Positions 16,473 through 26,988 are shown, numbered from the stretch's first letter. The stretch: DNA of 31,402 bases from a virus (IMGVR_UViG_3300024309_000078:1-31402), one strand, 5' to 3'. Notes: generated by a model from the sequence alone, not told the origin. Numbers and translations are program-made.

Positions 16473-17489
16473 TTATCCTTGGATTGTGATGTATCTTTGG
16501 TTAGTTACCCACGTTGCAATTGATTGTTTATTTTTTAAGTAACGTTTCTGTGCACCGTTTGCCATTTTATCAACTTCTAAATAAGAAGCGTCACCGCTTA
16601 GGTCTAAAAGAACTTTCAAGTACTCAGGTAACGTTAAAATTGTCATGTTAATTAACGGGTGAAACTCGATAGCTACACCGTTGTAAGAGATTTTTTCATT
16701 AGCTCCTGAACCCTCAACTAAGAAGTTGATTTGTTGAGCTGCACCAACTGAGTTGTTGGCGATTTTGATTAATTGGCGGTGCGCCAATGGTGCAAAAATT
16801 CTAGGCTCTGAACTTGTTGCGTTGATTACTTTGTCAGGCGCACCAGCGTATAATTTTGAATACTCTGCCGCAATGTTTGCGCTTGTGATTGTAGTACCAG
16901 TTAATTTTACTGTATCTGCAACACCTGCACCAGCAACTGTTTTAGAATTTGAGTCGTTGTATAATGCTCTAACTGGGATTGAATCGAATTCGCTTGTTGG
17001 CATTGCTGCAACTGTAGCTTTGAAAGAAGCTGATAAACCTGTAGCCGATGCAATAGCTGCTTTTGTAGCTGTAGTTGCTCCGTTCCAAAGGTGGTTTTCT
17101 AAGTCCTCACCAATTGCAGGTGCAACTTGAATCAATACTTTTTTATCAAACTCGCTTGATACTTGGTTAAACGCCCCAGCTGCCATTGATTTTTCAAATC
17201 TTGTACCGAATAAAACCGCATCATCGATTACATCGCTGTACTCGATTGATTTTAACGCTACTCCTGTTTTCTGAACTCCTAAACCGATTGAACCGTCAGC
17301 AGTTACAGCATCGGTTGAACCTGCTTTCATTGTTACGCTTACTTTGCTTTCGTAAACGTCCGCACCTGATTTAAAGCCCTCTTGAATGTCGATTACTCTA
17401 TCTCTTAATGTTTTAGAATCTGCATATAATTCTGATTGAATTGCTTCTAAATCTGGGTTCTTTTTTCCCCCTGCATAATTTATTGCCAT
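16473..17489 (-). CDS. Major capsid protein
   Basis: 338 aa directly downstream of protease/scaffold, followed by a hairpin; called by position and size. Confidence 0.7.
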   Translation of the reverse strand: MAINYAGGKKNPDLEAIQSELYADSKTLRDRVIDIQEGFKSGADVYESKVSVTMKAGSTDAVTADGSIGLGVQKTGVALKSIEYSDVIDDAVLFGTRFEKSMAAGAFNQVSSEFDKKVLIQVAPAIGEDLENHLWNGATTATKAAIASATGLSASFKATVAAMPTSEFDSIPVRALYNDSNSKTVAGAGVADTVKLTGTTITSANIAAEYSKLYAGAPDKVINATSSEPRIFAPLAHRQLIKIANNSVGAAQQINFLVEGSGANEKISYNGVAIEFHPLINMTILTLPEYLKVLLDLSGDASYLEVDKMANGAQKRYLKNKQSIATWVTNQRYITIQG

Positions 17490-17503
17490 TTTTTAGTTAA
17501 TAA

Positions 17504-18595
17504 TTATTTTTGCTTGTTATGTTGCATCTTTTCGTAATTGCTCATCTCAGCATAAGTTTTTGTAATTGCTGGTGGTACGTTTTTGATGGCTTCGGCTGCT
17601 GGTGTTTGGGCTTTCATTTCCGTTAATTCGGTTTCAGCTTTCACTTTCTCAGCTTGTAGTTTTGAAAGTTCCTCTTGGGCTGTTGCTAAATCTTTTTTCA
17701 ACTGCTCATTTTCCGCTTTTAAGTCATCTTGCGATGTTTCTGCTGGCTCTTCTGTTTCAGCTACGGCTTCTGAATCAGCTGGTGTTTCGTCTGCCATTTC
17801 TTCAGCGTCTTGCGTTTCTTCAGGTGCTTTTTCTTCGATTGCGGTGATTGTTCCCAAATCGTCAGTTTTGTAAAGCTTTGAATCGATTTCAATGGTTGCG
17901 TTTACTATTGGTTCGCCCGCTTCATCTGTCAAGATTTCGCCCTCTTTTAATTCAATCGCAAATACTTTTTTATCACCTGCTTGGAACTCTTTTTTGTCCT
18001 CATTAGCCATAAAAAAATCAGTGATTGTTTTTAAGATGCTTTTTTTGTTCATTGTTTGCTTCTTGTAATTTTCATTATTGTTAACCTCTTTGAATCCAAG
18101 CCTAGCTTCGATACTCAAACCGTCAAGATTTCCGCTTTTAACATCGTCCCAAACTTGGGCATTGTCTATTTTATACCCCATCATCCAAGTGCCTTTAGGA
18201 ACATTGAAACCCATTGCATTTGCTTTGTCATTTGATGGGTCTTCTACAATCCAGCTTTCAAATGGATAAACCCCAGTAGTGTCTTCCGATTGGTGATTGA
18301 TGTTTGTTGCTGAATTGTGACCGTTTTTGAAGTAGTTTTTTTGTAGTTGGTCGATAGTGTCGGAAGTGTAGAATACTTGTGCGTTCTCACCATTTACGTC
18401 ACCTCTAAAAATTAATTTATTAGGTATCATTGCAGGTGCAAATACGATTCTTTTTTCGTCTTGTGTGAAGTGGAGAATTTGAGGTTTTTCAGCATTGAAG
18501 TGCATTAACGTTGATTCGATAGCAGGGTCTTTCACTAAGGAAATTTTAAAAACTCCCTGCTCGTCTTTGTTAAATACCAATTCATACTTTTTCAT
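17504..18595 (-). CDS. Prohead protease (XkdF-like serine protease) fused to an acidic/coiled-coil scaffold region
   Basis: ISLVKDPAIE, PAMIPNKLIFR, NINH, ESWIVED, PKGTWM and GLSIE motifs; start reassigned to ATG 18595 (MKKYELVF). Confidence 0.85.
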   Translation of the reverse strand: MKKYELVFNKDEQGVFKISLVKDPAIESTLMHFNAEKPQILHFTQDEKRIVFAPAMIPNKLIFRGDVNGENAQVFYTSDTIDQLQKNYFKNGHNSATNINHQSEDTTGVYPFESWIVEDPSNDKANAMGFNVPKGTWMMGYKIDNAQVWDDVKSGNLDGLSIEARLGFKEVNNNENYKKQTMNKKSILKTITDFFMANEDKKEFQAGDKKVFAIELKEGEILTDEAGEPIVNATIEIDSKLYKTDDLGTITAIEEKAPEETQDAEEMADETPADSEAVAETEEPAETSQDDLKAENEQLKKDLATAQEELSKLQAEKVKAETELTEMKAQTPAAEAIKNVPPAITKTYAEMSNYEKMQHNKQK

Positions 18596-18721
18596 AACTA
18601 TATCATAGATTGAAAAAGACTGAAAGTAAACGCAGTGCATTAATTTTTTGAATTAAAGCATTTAGTTATTTGCATATCTTAATACATTTGTATCAAACCT
18701 TTAACTTAAATCTTAAATCAA

Positions 18722-19141
18722 ATGAGAAAAATTTTACTTATGATATTTGTTGCCGTTTCAACTCTAACGGCTTGCAGTAGTGACGAAAGTGAATCGCAAA
18801 ACAATGATAAATCTTTTAGTCACAAAATTGTAGATGTTAAAGCAGTAAATGAAGCAGGGCAATATGTTGAAAGTAGCAGTTTGGTCGAACCGACTAATAA
18901 ATCAGTTATAAAATATGATGAACCTGAAAAAACACTAACTATTTTTATTAGCGAGGATACCCAAGAAACCATTAATGTCCTATCATACAAGGATGGCGTA
19001 TTTATTGGAACTTATTTATTAAAGGGAACATCTACACCCACAACGCTTGATGTTGAAGTAAAAGAAGTTAACGGCAATTATGTTTTTACCTCAACATCTT
19101 TCGGGCGTGTTATCAGTAAAGTCGTTTTTATTACAAAATAA
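18722..19141 (+). CDS. Lipoprotein moron (possible superinfection exclusion)
   Basis: Signal peptide II with LTAC lipobox then SSDESE; opposite strand; own TACATTTG (18683-18690) and terminator. Confidence 0.8.
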   Translation: MRKILLMIFVAVSTLTACSSDESESQNNDKSFSHKIVDVKAVNEAGQYVESSSLVEPTNKSVIKYDEPEKTLTIFISEDTQETINVLSYKDGVFIGTYLLKGTSTPTTLDVEVKEVNGNYVFTSTSFGRVISKVVFITK

Positions 19142-19158
19142 GCTTAATAAACAAGTAT

Positions 19159-19196
19159 AAAAAAACCCTGCCATGATAATGGCGGGGTTTCTTTTT
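19159..19196. terminator. Bidirectional terminator
   Basis: AAAAAAACCCTGCCAT-GATA-ATGGCGGGGTTTCTTTT. Confidence 0.8.
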
Positions 19197-21520
19197 TAAA
19201 AACTATTTGCTTCAACTTTCTTACGGTCTAATGCTTGTTGGTCTGTAACTGCACTCGAAACAACAAAAGCCTGTATTGGGGGTTGGTCTTGTGCGTTTTT
19301 AGCAATTGAACTGGCAATTTGATTTTCACTAGATGCTTGAAAAGCAACCTGTGGTGTTGCTGTTGCTTGTGTTCTCGTTCCTCCACCGCTTGACGTTGGT
19401 GTGTCGGGCATTGCTGGTGCTGAACCAGCCGAACCACCGCCCACCGCTTGCAATGCTTTTGAAGTGCTGGCAATAATGCTGGCCGCTCCAAGCGCACCCG
19501 TTGCGATGTGAACCGCTGACCAAGGCAAACCGAATGTTAACGGGCTGGCTGCGTTATCTTTCGAAACTGCTTCAACCGTATTAATAGCAACTTTTCCCAA
19601 AGCTACTGCACCATCTGCAACGATTATCCCCTTTTGTACTGCTTTATTCTTTTCAAACAAAGATTTACCTGCGGTTAGGGCCGCATTACCCAGAGCGTTA
19701 ATTGAATCTTGTTCGGCTTTCTTTTGGGCTAGTTTTCTGTCTGCGATTTCTTTCTCTTTGTCTGCATTTGCTTTGGCTAAATCAGCTTGGGCCGCCCAAT
19801 AGTCTTGGTCTTGCTTCAACTGGTTAGCTTTGTTTTCTGCGTCTAACTCTAATTGAAGCGTGTTGTACTTTTCAGTTATCAACGCTTCCAAATCGCCAGT
19901 GTCTACACCTTTTTGTTTGAATGCTTCAATCTCTAAAAGGTCACGTTCTTTGGCTAGGTCTAGTTTTTCCTGCGCTGTCTTGGCATTCATATCTTGATTT
20001 GCTCTAAACGCTGCTATTTCCGCATTGTTTATGTCCTCAAGATTTTTCTTTTTAAGTGCAAGCTCTGCTTCTGCCGCTTTCTTCTGCTCTTCAAGTCTCT
20101 TTTTATTGGCATCCTGTTGCGCTTTTAAAGCGTCTTCATTTGCCTTTTTTCTTGCATCAGTTTCTTTCTTTGTTTCATCAACTAAAAACTGGTTATTTAA
20201 ATCCTTTCTTTTGTCTTTTAAATCGTTCGTTTTTTTGTTGTAGTCCTGCAATTCGTTGTAAGCATTTAGCATTGCATCTTTTTGCGCTTTCAAAGCTGCC
20301 TCGCTTGCATCCTTTTCTTTTAAATCTAAAAGAATTGAACGCTCACGCAAAAAATTAGTTCTAGCAATCATTGCGTTTTTTTGGCTTAATCTGCTTGCTT
20401 CGTTGATGTGGGCATTTGCCAATGCATTAACCTCTTTTGCGCTTTTTCCTGATGCACTTGCTAAGTCCTCTTGCAACTTGTTATGTCGTTCCAACTCTTT
20501 GAAACTCTCTTTTCTAGCTTCTGTTAACTTTTTCTGTGCTTTAAGATTGTCTTCAGCTGTCTTGGTCTGTTTTTTCTCGGCTGCTTCACTGGCTGCAAGT
20601 GCTGAAACCAGCAACCAAATACCAGCAGTTAATACAGCAACACCAGCAACCAGCAACCCAATTGGGTTTGCCATCATTGCCGCATTCCATAACCATTGGG
20701 CCGCTGTAACCGCTGTAGTTGCAACAACACTAATACCTTTTTGAACAATGTTTCTTTCTTCGGCTGCGGTATCCACGTTTGTTGCCGCTGCACTGGCTAG
20801 AATTGCCATTCTTAAAATCTTGAATTGTTCGCCAAGTTCCGCAACTCCTTTTAATCCCTCAGCAAAAGCCATCGCCGCTTGCATCTTTGCAAGGATTTTG
20901 GTTGCGTCTTCTGATTCGCTGGCAAATGCTCCGATTGCACCAGCTGCAAAGTTTATTCCAGTGGCCGCAATCTGTGTGGCTGCTCCTAATTTCTCCTTAA
21001 ACGTTGCCGCTGCCGCATCTACTGCCCTATCTGTTAGAATTTGTGTACGTCTGTACTCGCCAACTACCTGTAAAAGTCCTTGGTATTCCTCGCTTGCTTC
21101 CTGTCCAGCAAGTGCCAGCTCGTAAAGACGGTCTTCGGCTTCACCCATACGTGTTGTAAGCGGTTGCAATTCTCCATAAACCTCTTCAAAAGTTGCGTTT
21201 AAGTCTCTTGTACTGCTGGTTGTGGCGTTTATCTGCTGTTGCAGGTCACTAATAGCTTTTGCCGCTGTAATAGCTTCCTTTGAGGTTGCACCGTGCAACT
21301 GGGCCGCTTTCGCAAGCTCTTTAATTGCCGCATCTAGTTGCGCTTTAAGTTCCTTTTGAGCCTTGGCGTTGCGTTCGGTCTCGCTGGTGTTGTCGCTTAT
21401 GCTTTCGGTCGTTCCGTCGATAGCGTCACCAAGGTTGTTTACTTCTCTTTGTATCTCATTTGCGTTGGTGTCAAAGCGTAAATTAATATTTTGCTCGATG
21501 TTTTCGTTTTGCTCTGCCAT
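19196..21520 (-). CDS. Tape-measure-like protein (774 aa)
   Basis: Ala/Glu/Lys-rich helical protein with AAQWLWNAAMMANPIGLLV, a typical tape-measure segment. Confidence 0.8.
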   Translation of the reverse strand: MAEQNENIEQNINLRFDTNANEIQREVNNLGDAIDGTTESISDNTSETERNAKAQKELKAQLDAAIKELAKAAQLHGATSKEAITAAKAISDLQQQINATTSSTRDLNATFEEVYGELQPLTTRMGEAEDRLYELALAGQEASEEYQGLLQVVGEYRRTQILTDRAVDAAAATFKEKLGAATQIAATGINFAAGAIGAFASESEDATKILAKMQAAMAFAEGLKGVAELGEQFKILRMAILASAAATNVDTAAEERNIVQKGISVVATTAVTAAQWLWNAAMMANPIGLLVAGVAVLTAGIWLLVSALAASEAAEKKQTKTAEDNLKAQKKLTEARKESFKELERHNKLQEDLASASGKSAKEVNALANAHINEASRLSQKNAMIARTNFLRERSILLDLKEKDASEAALKAQKDAMLNAYNELQDYNKKTNDLKDKRKDLNNQFLVDETKKETDARKKANEDALKAQQDANKKRLEEQKKAAEAELALKKKNLEDINNAEIAAFRANQDMNAKTAQEKLDLAKERDLLEIEAFKQKGVDTGDLEALITEKYNTLQLELDAENKANQLKQDQDYWAAQADLAKANADKEKEIADRKLAQKKAEQDSINALGNAALTAGKSLFEKNKAVQKGIIVADGAVALGKVAINTVEAVSKDNAASPLTFGLPWSAVHIATGALGAASIIASTSKALQAVGGGSAGSAPAMPDTPTSSGGGTRTQATATPQVAFQASSENQIASSIAKNAQDQPPIQAFVVSSAVTDQQALDRKKVEANSF

Positions 21521-22035
21521 TAGTAACCCATTGTTTCAAAGTGTAATCTTATGGCTTGCGTTTGGTTCGAATATTCTTTTACTATGATTTGAAACTGGTT
21601 ATTTGAAATAACCTTAAAAACCGCATTTGATAGAGTTGAAGTATTCGGCAACGTTACCGATGTTGTAGGACATATTTCAATCCAGCTCTTAACAACGTAA
21701 TTGTTATTCGGGTGTGCATTTTGAAGTGTAACCGTAAATATTGAAAAGTCGCCCCCAGCCTGTACGCTAACGCTCGAAATATTGCCTATCGTTCTAAGCT
21801 TATCCGTTAAAGTCGTTGAAAGGTTTATACCCACCTCAACCCCACCACTTGAAAGGCTGTTAGCTGTAATCATACCTTTATTAAGTGGTATGTTACTGTT
21901 GGAAATTGGTTGTAATGTTTCTAGGTAGTCGATTAAAGCCAGTTCAACGGCTCTATGTTCTATTGGTTCAATATTGCTATTGTCCGCTAAGTTTACGTTT
22001 ACTAAATCTTTTAATTGTGCGATGGTTAAAGCCAT
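21520..22035 (-). CDS. Putative minor tail / short fibre protein
   Basis: Helical N-terminus plus beta-rich C-terminal domain; TAATG-coupled to the tape-measure gene. Confidence 0.5.
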   Translation of the reverse strand: MALTIAQLKDLVNVNLADNSNIEPIEHRAVELALIDYLETLQPISNSNIPLNKGMITANSLSSGGVEVGINLSTTLTDKLRTIGNISSVSVQAGGDFSIFTVTLQNAHPNNNYVVKSWIEICPTTSVTLPNTSTLSNAVFKVISNNQFQIIVKEYSNQTQAIRLHFETMGY

Positions 22036-22061
22036 TTTTTAGCATAATATTTTTGTTTTCG

Positions 22062-24554
22062 TTATTGTATTTGATATTGTGTTGAATCGTAACCCTCGGG
22101 GCTGTATTGGTTAGGAGTTGGAATAACTTCTTTGTCTGTATCGTCAAGTGTTACGTAGTTAAGCAAGGTTAATTTTGTCTTACCTGTTGTTATATCGATA
22201 TTCGCATCTAGCACGCTAAAACGTGTTTCACCAATTATAATATCATTTTGAAGTCTAAACCCTGTTGGCGGTTCGTTTGTTCTCGTTGGGTTTACATAGA
22301 TTTCTGAACTAGGCAAAAACAAGTCAAACTTATGCGACAAAACATTTACGTTAAGCAACCTAATTGTTTGTGCTGAGTAAAAACGTTCATATAAAGAGTT
22401 GGTTTTTTCTTTATTTATTAAATCGCCTGTTACATCGTCAACCAATACGCTGAAACCTAAAGATTGCTTTGCATTAACCAACCAAGGCAACATTAACATG
22501 TATCTGTTTAATGGCACAACGGTTGTGTCGGTAAGTAAATACCCAAGCTGTACGCCAGCATTTAAAAAAGCAAGTTCGTTGTTGACAAAAAGAACCAATT
22601 CGTTGTTAATCGGTTTGTATCGGTTTTCCTGTTCTTCCAACTCGTTACTGAATCCGTAATACGTGACCAAGTTTGTATTTACAACACCTCGGGGCGGTAT
22701 TATCGTATAGTTTGTAATTACACTGTATTCGCTTTTCTTTGCTGCTCCGTTGTCTTGTGTTACTTGCCCGTATTCCAAGCCAGCAGTATTGCCCGCAACG
22801 TAATCAACATTAGATTTATACTTGCTCGTTGCGTGCTTAAAGTTGTATTTTGTGTATTTGTCTTGCACCGATTTGGTAAAGCTTTTGGCGTTCACAAATG
22901 GTGTGTAATCAACCTCTTTTTTTCCGTAAATCTTATCAACCTCGTTAATATCCTCAATGTTCAGAATCTGCAATTCATTTGTATTTACAATTGGGTTGTA
23001 AATCGACAAATTGAAAGTCTTAAGAAATGACTGGAAAAAATCAACGACCTTAATTTTTGGCAAACACTGTATAACGTCAAGTGTTCCGCTCGATTTTTCT
23101 CTCTCGTTTCCGCTACTAATTGCACGCTGTGCTACAACCTCATAAAACTCGAACATACCGCCCGTATAAGGAGCAAAATAGATGTACTGTGTGAAAATGT
23201 CCGTAACTTCCCAAACTGCTAAGTCAGTTTTAAATAAAATATATGCCTCAAATGTTGGGTATAAAGAAAAATCTTCTGTGTAGTTGTCAAAAACGGTGTC
23301 AGGCACATCAATAAAAACGTTATTTTCCTGCGTATTAAAATCGATAGTCGATGTTAAAATTTCCTCACAATCCGCTGGCAATGTGTTGCCGCTTGGCTTA
23401 CGCAACGAAATTGTAATTTTCCCGTTTGGAGTTTGTGAAACCAAGTTCTTAAGCCTAACGTTGATTCGTATTGATTTGCTGGTTCTTTGCAATGCTGGCA
23501 ATCCTGGCATCGTTCCGCTTGCCCTGTCGCCAATATTGACTTTAATTATATCGTAATCGTTTCTCGTGTAATAAGATGCGGTATATTTTCTAGGTATTGC
23601 TCCCTCAAAATCAACTGCGCCCTCGTATGCGTCAGGCACTAGCGGGTATTGCACGCCAAAAATATTTCCGCTGAACGTTTGCGGGTAGGGTGCATTGAAA
23701 CTCGAACCGAATTTTAAAATGTTGTCATTGCTCAATTTTTCATCTGAGGTTGAACCGTTAACCCAAACATACATTTCATTAAATAGCTTGTCATTTCTAA
23801 GCGGTAAATTGACCTTTAAATCATACTTTTTAAACATCATTTCAACCAAAGCACGATAATTTATTGCTGGTCTAAGTTCCTCGGTTAAAATAGCCGTCTG
23901 ATTGGTTACACCGCTAAAACTTGTACTATATGCTATGTTGTCGATTACGTCGCTCGTTGTGTCATAGCTCCAAACTCTGTTGGTTGATGCAAGTGGTGTT
24001 ATGTAATTAATTGTAATATCGTTCTTGCTGGTTGTTCCGACGCTGGTCGTGTCCAATTCCTTTAAAAGCAACTGTTTCGATTCGATGCTATTTTTTGCTA
24101 CCGTTGGTGAGTATTGCAAGCTTGTTGAACCAGTTAAAACACTGCCTAAATCTGTAATTAAATCGTCGCCAATTCGCTCTTTTAGACTTTTAAAATCGGT
24201 TTCAAAAGAACCTTGTATATTGGTCATTCCGTTGTTATCATATCTAGCGTCTTCAACGGTGAAGTTTCCAGTTAGGTTTAAATTTCCATCCGTATAAATC
24301 TTACAGGGAAACGAACCAGTAATATTAGCTTTCTGTACGTCGGTATCACCAAAAAATAAAAGTGCCTGTCTGTTCTTTGGTGTCGCTGGGATTGTAAACG
24401 ATAGTGAATAAGGCGCAAAAACCTTACTCAAATCGGTTAGGTCTTTTTGAGTGTATTTTAAATTGATTGATTCGTTGTTGAAGAGGTCTAGTTTTACGTA
24501 ATCGGTCGAACCGCTGAAAGGTGCTATATAAATTTCTGTAACTACCTGTTGCAT
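22062..24554 (-). CDS. Large tail-tip/baseplate structural protein (830 aa)
   Basis: LDLF...DLSKVFAPYSLSFTIPATPKN N-terminus recalled from Bacteroidota siphovirus tail proteins; position in the tail cluster. Confidence 0.6.
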   Translation of the reverse strand: MQQVVTEIYIAPFSGSTDYVKLDLFNNESINLKYTQKDLTDLSKVFAPYSLSFTIPATPKNRQALLFFGDTDVQKANITGSFPCKIYTDGNLNLTGNFTVEDARYDNNGMTNIQGSFETDFKSLKERIGDDLITDLGSVLTGSTSLQYSPTVAKNSIESKQLLLKELDTTSVGTTSKNDITINYITPLASTNRVWSYDTTSDVIDNIAYSTSFSGVTNQTAILTEELRPAINYRALVEMMFKKYDLKVNLPLRNDKLFNEMYVWVNGSTSDEKLSNDNILKFGSSFNAPYPQTFSGNIFGVQYPLVPDAYEGAVDFEGAIPRKYTASYYTRNDYDIIKVNIGDRASGTMPGLPALQRTSKSIRINVRLKNLVSQTPNGKITISLRKPSGNTLPADCEEILTSTIDFNTQENNVFIDVPDTVFDNYTEDFSLYPTFEAYILFKTDLAVWEVTDIFTQYIYFAPYTGGMFEFYEVVAQRAISSGNEREKSSGTLDVIQCLPKIKVVDFFQSFLKTFNLSIYNPIVNTNELQILNIEDINEVDKIYGKKEVDYTPFVNAKSFTKSVQDKYTKYNFKHATSKYKSNVDYVAGNTAGLEYGQVTQDNGAAKKSEYSVITNYTIIPPRGVVNTNLVTYYGFSNELEEQENRYKPINNELVLFVNNELAFLNAGVQLGYLLTDTTVVPLNRYMLMLPWLVNAKQSLGFSVLVDDVTGDLINKEKTNSLYERFYSAQTIRLLNVNVLSHKFDLFLPSSEIYVNPTRTNEPPTGFRLQNDIIIGETRFSVLDANIDITTGKTKLTLLNYVTLDDTDKEVIPTPNQYSPEGYDSTQYQIQ

Positions 24555-25759
24555 TATTTTATATCTAATATTTTGTTGTTAGTTTCATCAAATTTTATGG
24601 TGTATTCGATGTTAACTTTATTGTTCAACCTCGTTAGGTTTATGAGTTCTTCGGGATTGGTTATGATTACGGGTATTTGCTGGAATGTCGAAAAATAGCC
24701 TACACTATCGCTCGTAATCGTATCATTGTCAACTGTGATGTTGGTATTATCAATCGTAATAAATGTGTTATCGACCGTTATACCTGTTAATGTGCTGGTC
24801 ACTTTCTCACCGCTGAAACGGATTAAATAAACCTTTGGACTGTAAACCAGCTCTTCGATTAACTGGGTCGCTGATTCGTTGATGTGACCCGTATTAATGG
24901 TATAAGATTGAGAAACGTTTATCGCATCTCTAAGGCTCGAATGCACTTGCGAGTTGTTAATTGTGCTTGGGTCTCTAAACATTCGATTTGAGTTGCTTGT
25001 CTCGGCTTTATTCGAAATGATGGTTTTACCAAATGGTGTAAAGTAATCCCATAATCCACGCTTATCTATAAAGACAATCAAATAACTATCCAACGCACAA
25101 AATGTTTGTCTAGCTGGCGGTGTGATTTTGCTTTGCAAAATCATGTTACCGCTTGTACAGGTTTCAACACTTTGACCAAGATTAAAAGTGTTTTCAAAAT
25201 AATTGTCAATTGACTGGTTGAAATATCGGTAAGGCGTTGATTTGAAAATATCGGATTTATTCGGGTTCAATCCATTATTTGAACCTGTGTTTTGTTCGTA
25301 ATTCCAACGATAGCCGAGCGTTGCAAAATATGTCGGACTAACAACCGTACTTGCTACAATTGCGCTCGTTGTTGGTTCTTCTTCTAAAACTTCACTTATA
25401 AGCTGATAAAATACGCCTTGCCCTGTTTGGGCTGGCAATGCGTAGGGATTCCAAGCAAATTGCGGTTGGTTTGTGTTTCTTGCATTCTCAGGACTAACAA
25501 GCCAAGCTTTGATTAAATCGGCAATGTTAACCGTAATGTAATCGTCTGTACGGCTTACAATTTCTTTTGCAATAATTTGGTTAGCATCACCAAGCGTTTT
25601 GCTTTGGTCGGTGTTCCAAATCCAAAGATAATGCGTTACTTTTTTTATCTGATTGCCAACGTTAAGAGCCGTTTGTCTAATGTGAATTGGACTATTGCAA
25701 AATTGGATTTTGTCAGGTGTATCGATTATTGTTTTTAAGTCATTGGTTAAATTAGGCAT
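24554..25759 (-). CDS. Tail structural protein (401 aa), distal-tail-like
   Basis: FIDKRGLWDYF and IEELVYSPKVY motifs; internal triple IT(V/I)DN repeat. Confidence 0.55.
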   Translation of the reverse strand: MPNLTNDLKTIIDTPDKIQFCNSPIHIRQTALNVGNQIKKVTHYLWIWNTDQSKTLGDANQIIAKEIVSRTDDYITVNIADLIKAWLVSPENARNTNQPQFAWNPYALPAQTGQGVFYQLISEVLEEEPTTSAIVASTVVSPTYFATLGYRWNYEQNTGSNNGLNPNKSDIFKSTPYRYFNQSIDNYFENTFNLGQSVETCTSGNMILQSKITPPARQTFCALDSYLIVFIDKRGLWDYFTPFGKTIISNKAETSNSNRMFRDPSTINNSQVHSSLRDAINVSQSYTINTGHINESATQLIEELVYSPKVYLIRFSGEKVTSTLTGITVDNTFITIDNTNITVDNDTITSDSVGYFSTFQQIPVIITNPEELINLTRLNNKVNIEYTIKFDETNNKILDIK

Positions 25760-26129
25760 TACTTGTAAAAGGTTGTAAAAGTATTTGCGTTATGTTGGTT
25801 ATAATGGTCTTGGTCGCTTCGGGCGTGTGCCTGTCAACTGACATTAATAACTCGTTTGGCTTTTGGTATGCTCCGTAATAAACTTGTCCAAGCATTAGCG
25901 TTGTATCTCCCTCAACCCTGTAGTTTATCGAATCTCTAAGCGTTCCACCTGCTTTGTTAAGGCTTCCAGCTGGGCGCACTCGGTCTGTCTTGTAGTAAGT
26001 GTCTTGAGCTACCCTAGAATTTTGTTTTGCTTCTTCATAGATTATTTCACCCAACTTTAAAAGCTCTTCTTTGATAATCTCATCGGCTTGAATCTGTTCT
26101 TTGGTTCGTCTAGTTCTTTGAATCGCCAT
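25752..26129 (-). CDS. HK97 gp10-like neck/tail-completion protein, paralog 2
   Basis: GTLRDSINY...QVYYG motif. Confidence 0.55.
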   Translation of the reverse strand: MAIQRTRRTKEQIQADEIIKEELLKLGEIIYEEAKQNSRVAQDTYYKTDRVRPAGSLNKAGGTLRDSINYRVEGDTTLMLGQVYYGAYQKPNELLMSVDRHTPEATKTIITNITQILLQPFTSNA

Positions 26130-26523
26130 CTTTTTTGCGCCTTGTTTTTAATGTATTCAGCAACTTTCTTAAGTTTGAAGTTGTCTGTTTATTGCTGGCC
26201 GCTGGTGTTGGCGATTTTTCCAACGCTCGACCGCTTTTTAAAACCGTTATTTCTTTGGTTTTGCCGTTGAAGTCTGTGCCAATAACTTGATATTCGACCC
26301 CTTTCGGCATTAGTCTGCGGGCATTCGTTTCTAGTTGCGAATTAATACCGCTTGGGTTTTCCTCACCGTAAAAACCGTAGTACATCTGTCGAAAAATGTA
26401 CTTCCCGTTGGTAACGGTGTAGCTAATAGAGCGTTTTAGTGTACCTTGGTCAACATGAGCCGTTCGTTTTGATTCGTCAACAATCTGCTGTGCTATCGCT
26501 CTTATCTCTGCATCTGTTAACAT
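26110..26523 (-). CDS. HK97 gp10-like neck/tail-completion protein, paralog 1
   Basis: VDQGTLKRSISY...QMYYG motif. Confidence 0.55.
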   Translation of the reverse strand: MLTDAEIRAIAQQIVDESKRTAHVDQGTLKRSISYTVTNGKYIFRQMYYGFYGEENPSGINSQLETNARRLMPKGVEYQVIGTDFNGKTKEITVLKSGRALEKSPTPAASNKQTTSNLRKLLNTLKTRRKKDGDSKN

Positions 26524-26969
26524 ATCGTTCCAGCGTTAGGGATTGCAAGCTCTAATTCGAATTGTACACCATCTAACGAATTGCGTGACCAGTTTTTTAA
26601 TTGTCTTAGCGTTGATTGCGAAGCAATTTCAATGTTTAAATCGTTGTGACCTCTTAGCAGTTTATTTAAGAGTTTGTGTGCGATTGAATGTGTTTCACTT
26701 ACGTTGTCAATGTAATTGGAATTGGTAAGTAGTTTATTATCGGTTATTTCTGTACGTGTATCACGTTGCTGAACAATAGTAATGCGATAATTGGCTAAGA
26801 TTTGGCTGGCTGTTATATCGGTGTTCAACAAATCCAAGTTTACCAGCGTGTAAATATTGGCTATTTGGGTATCTATTTGAAGTGTTGGAAGTGTAGAAAT
26901 CGTGTTTACAAGTACGTTCTTTTGGAACTCCTTAATAAGCCAGTCATTAATTTGATAAATTTCATTCAT
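26517..26969 (-). CDS. Putative tail terminator
   Basis: 150-aa alpha/beta protein next to the gp10-like genes; positional call. Confidence 0.45.
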   Translation of the reverse strand: MNEIYQINDWLIKEFQKNVLVNTISTLPTLQIDTQIANIYTLVNLDLLNTDITASQILANYRITIVQQRDTRTEITDNKLLTNSNYIDNVSETHSIAHKLLNKLLRGHNDLNIEIASQSTLRQLKNWSRNSLDGVQFELELAIPNAGTIC

Positions 26970-26988
26970 TTATTTTTTAGGGTTATTA

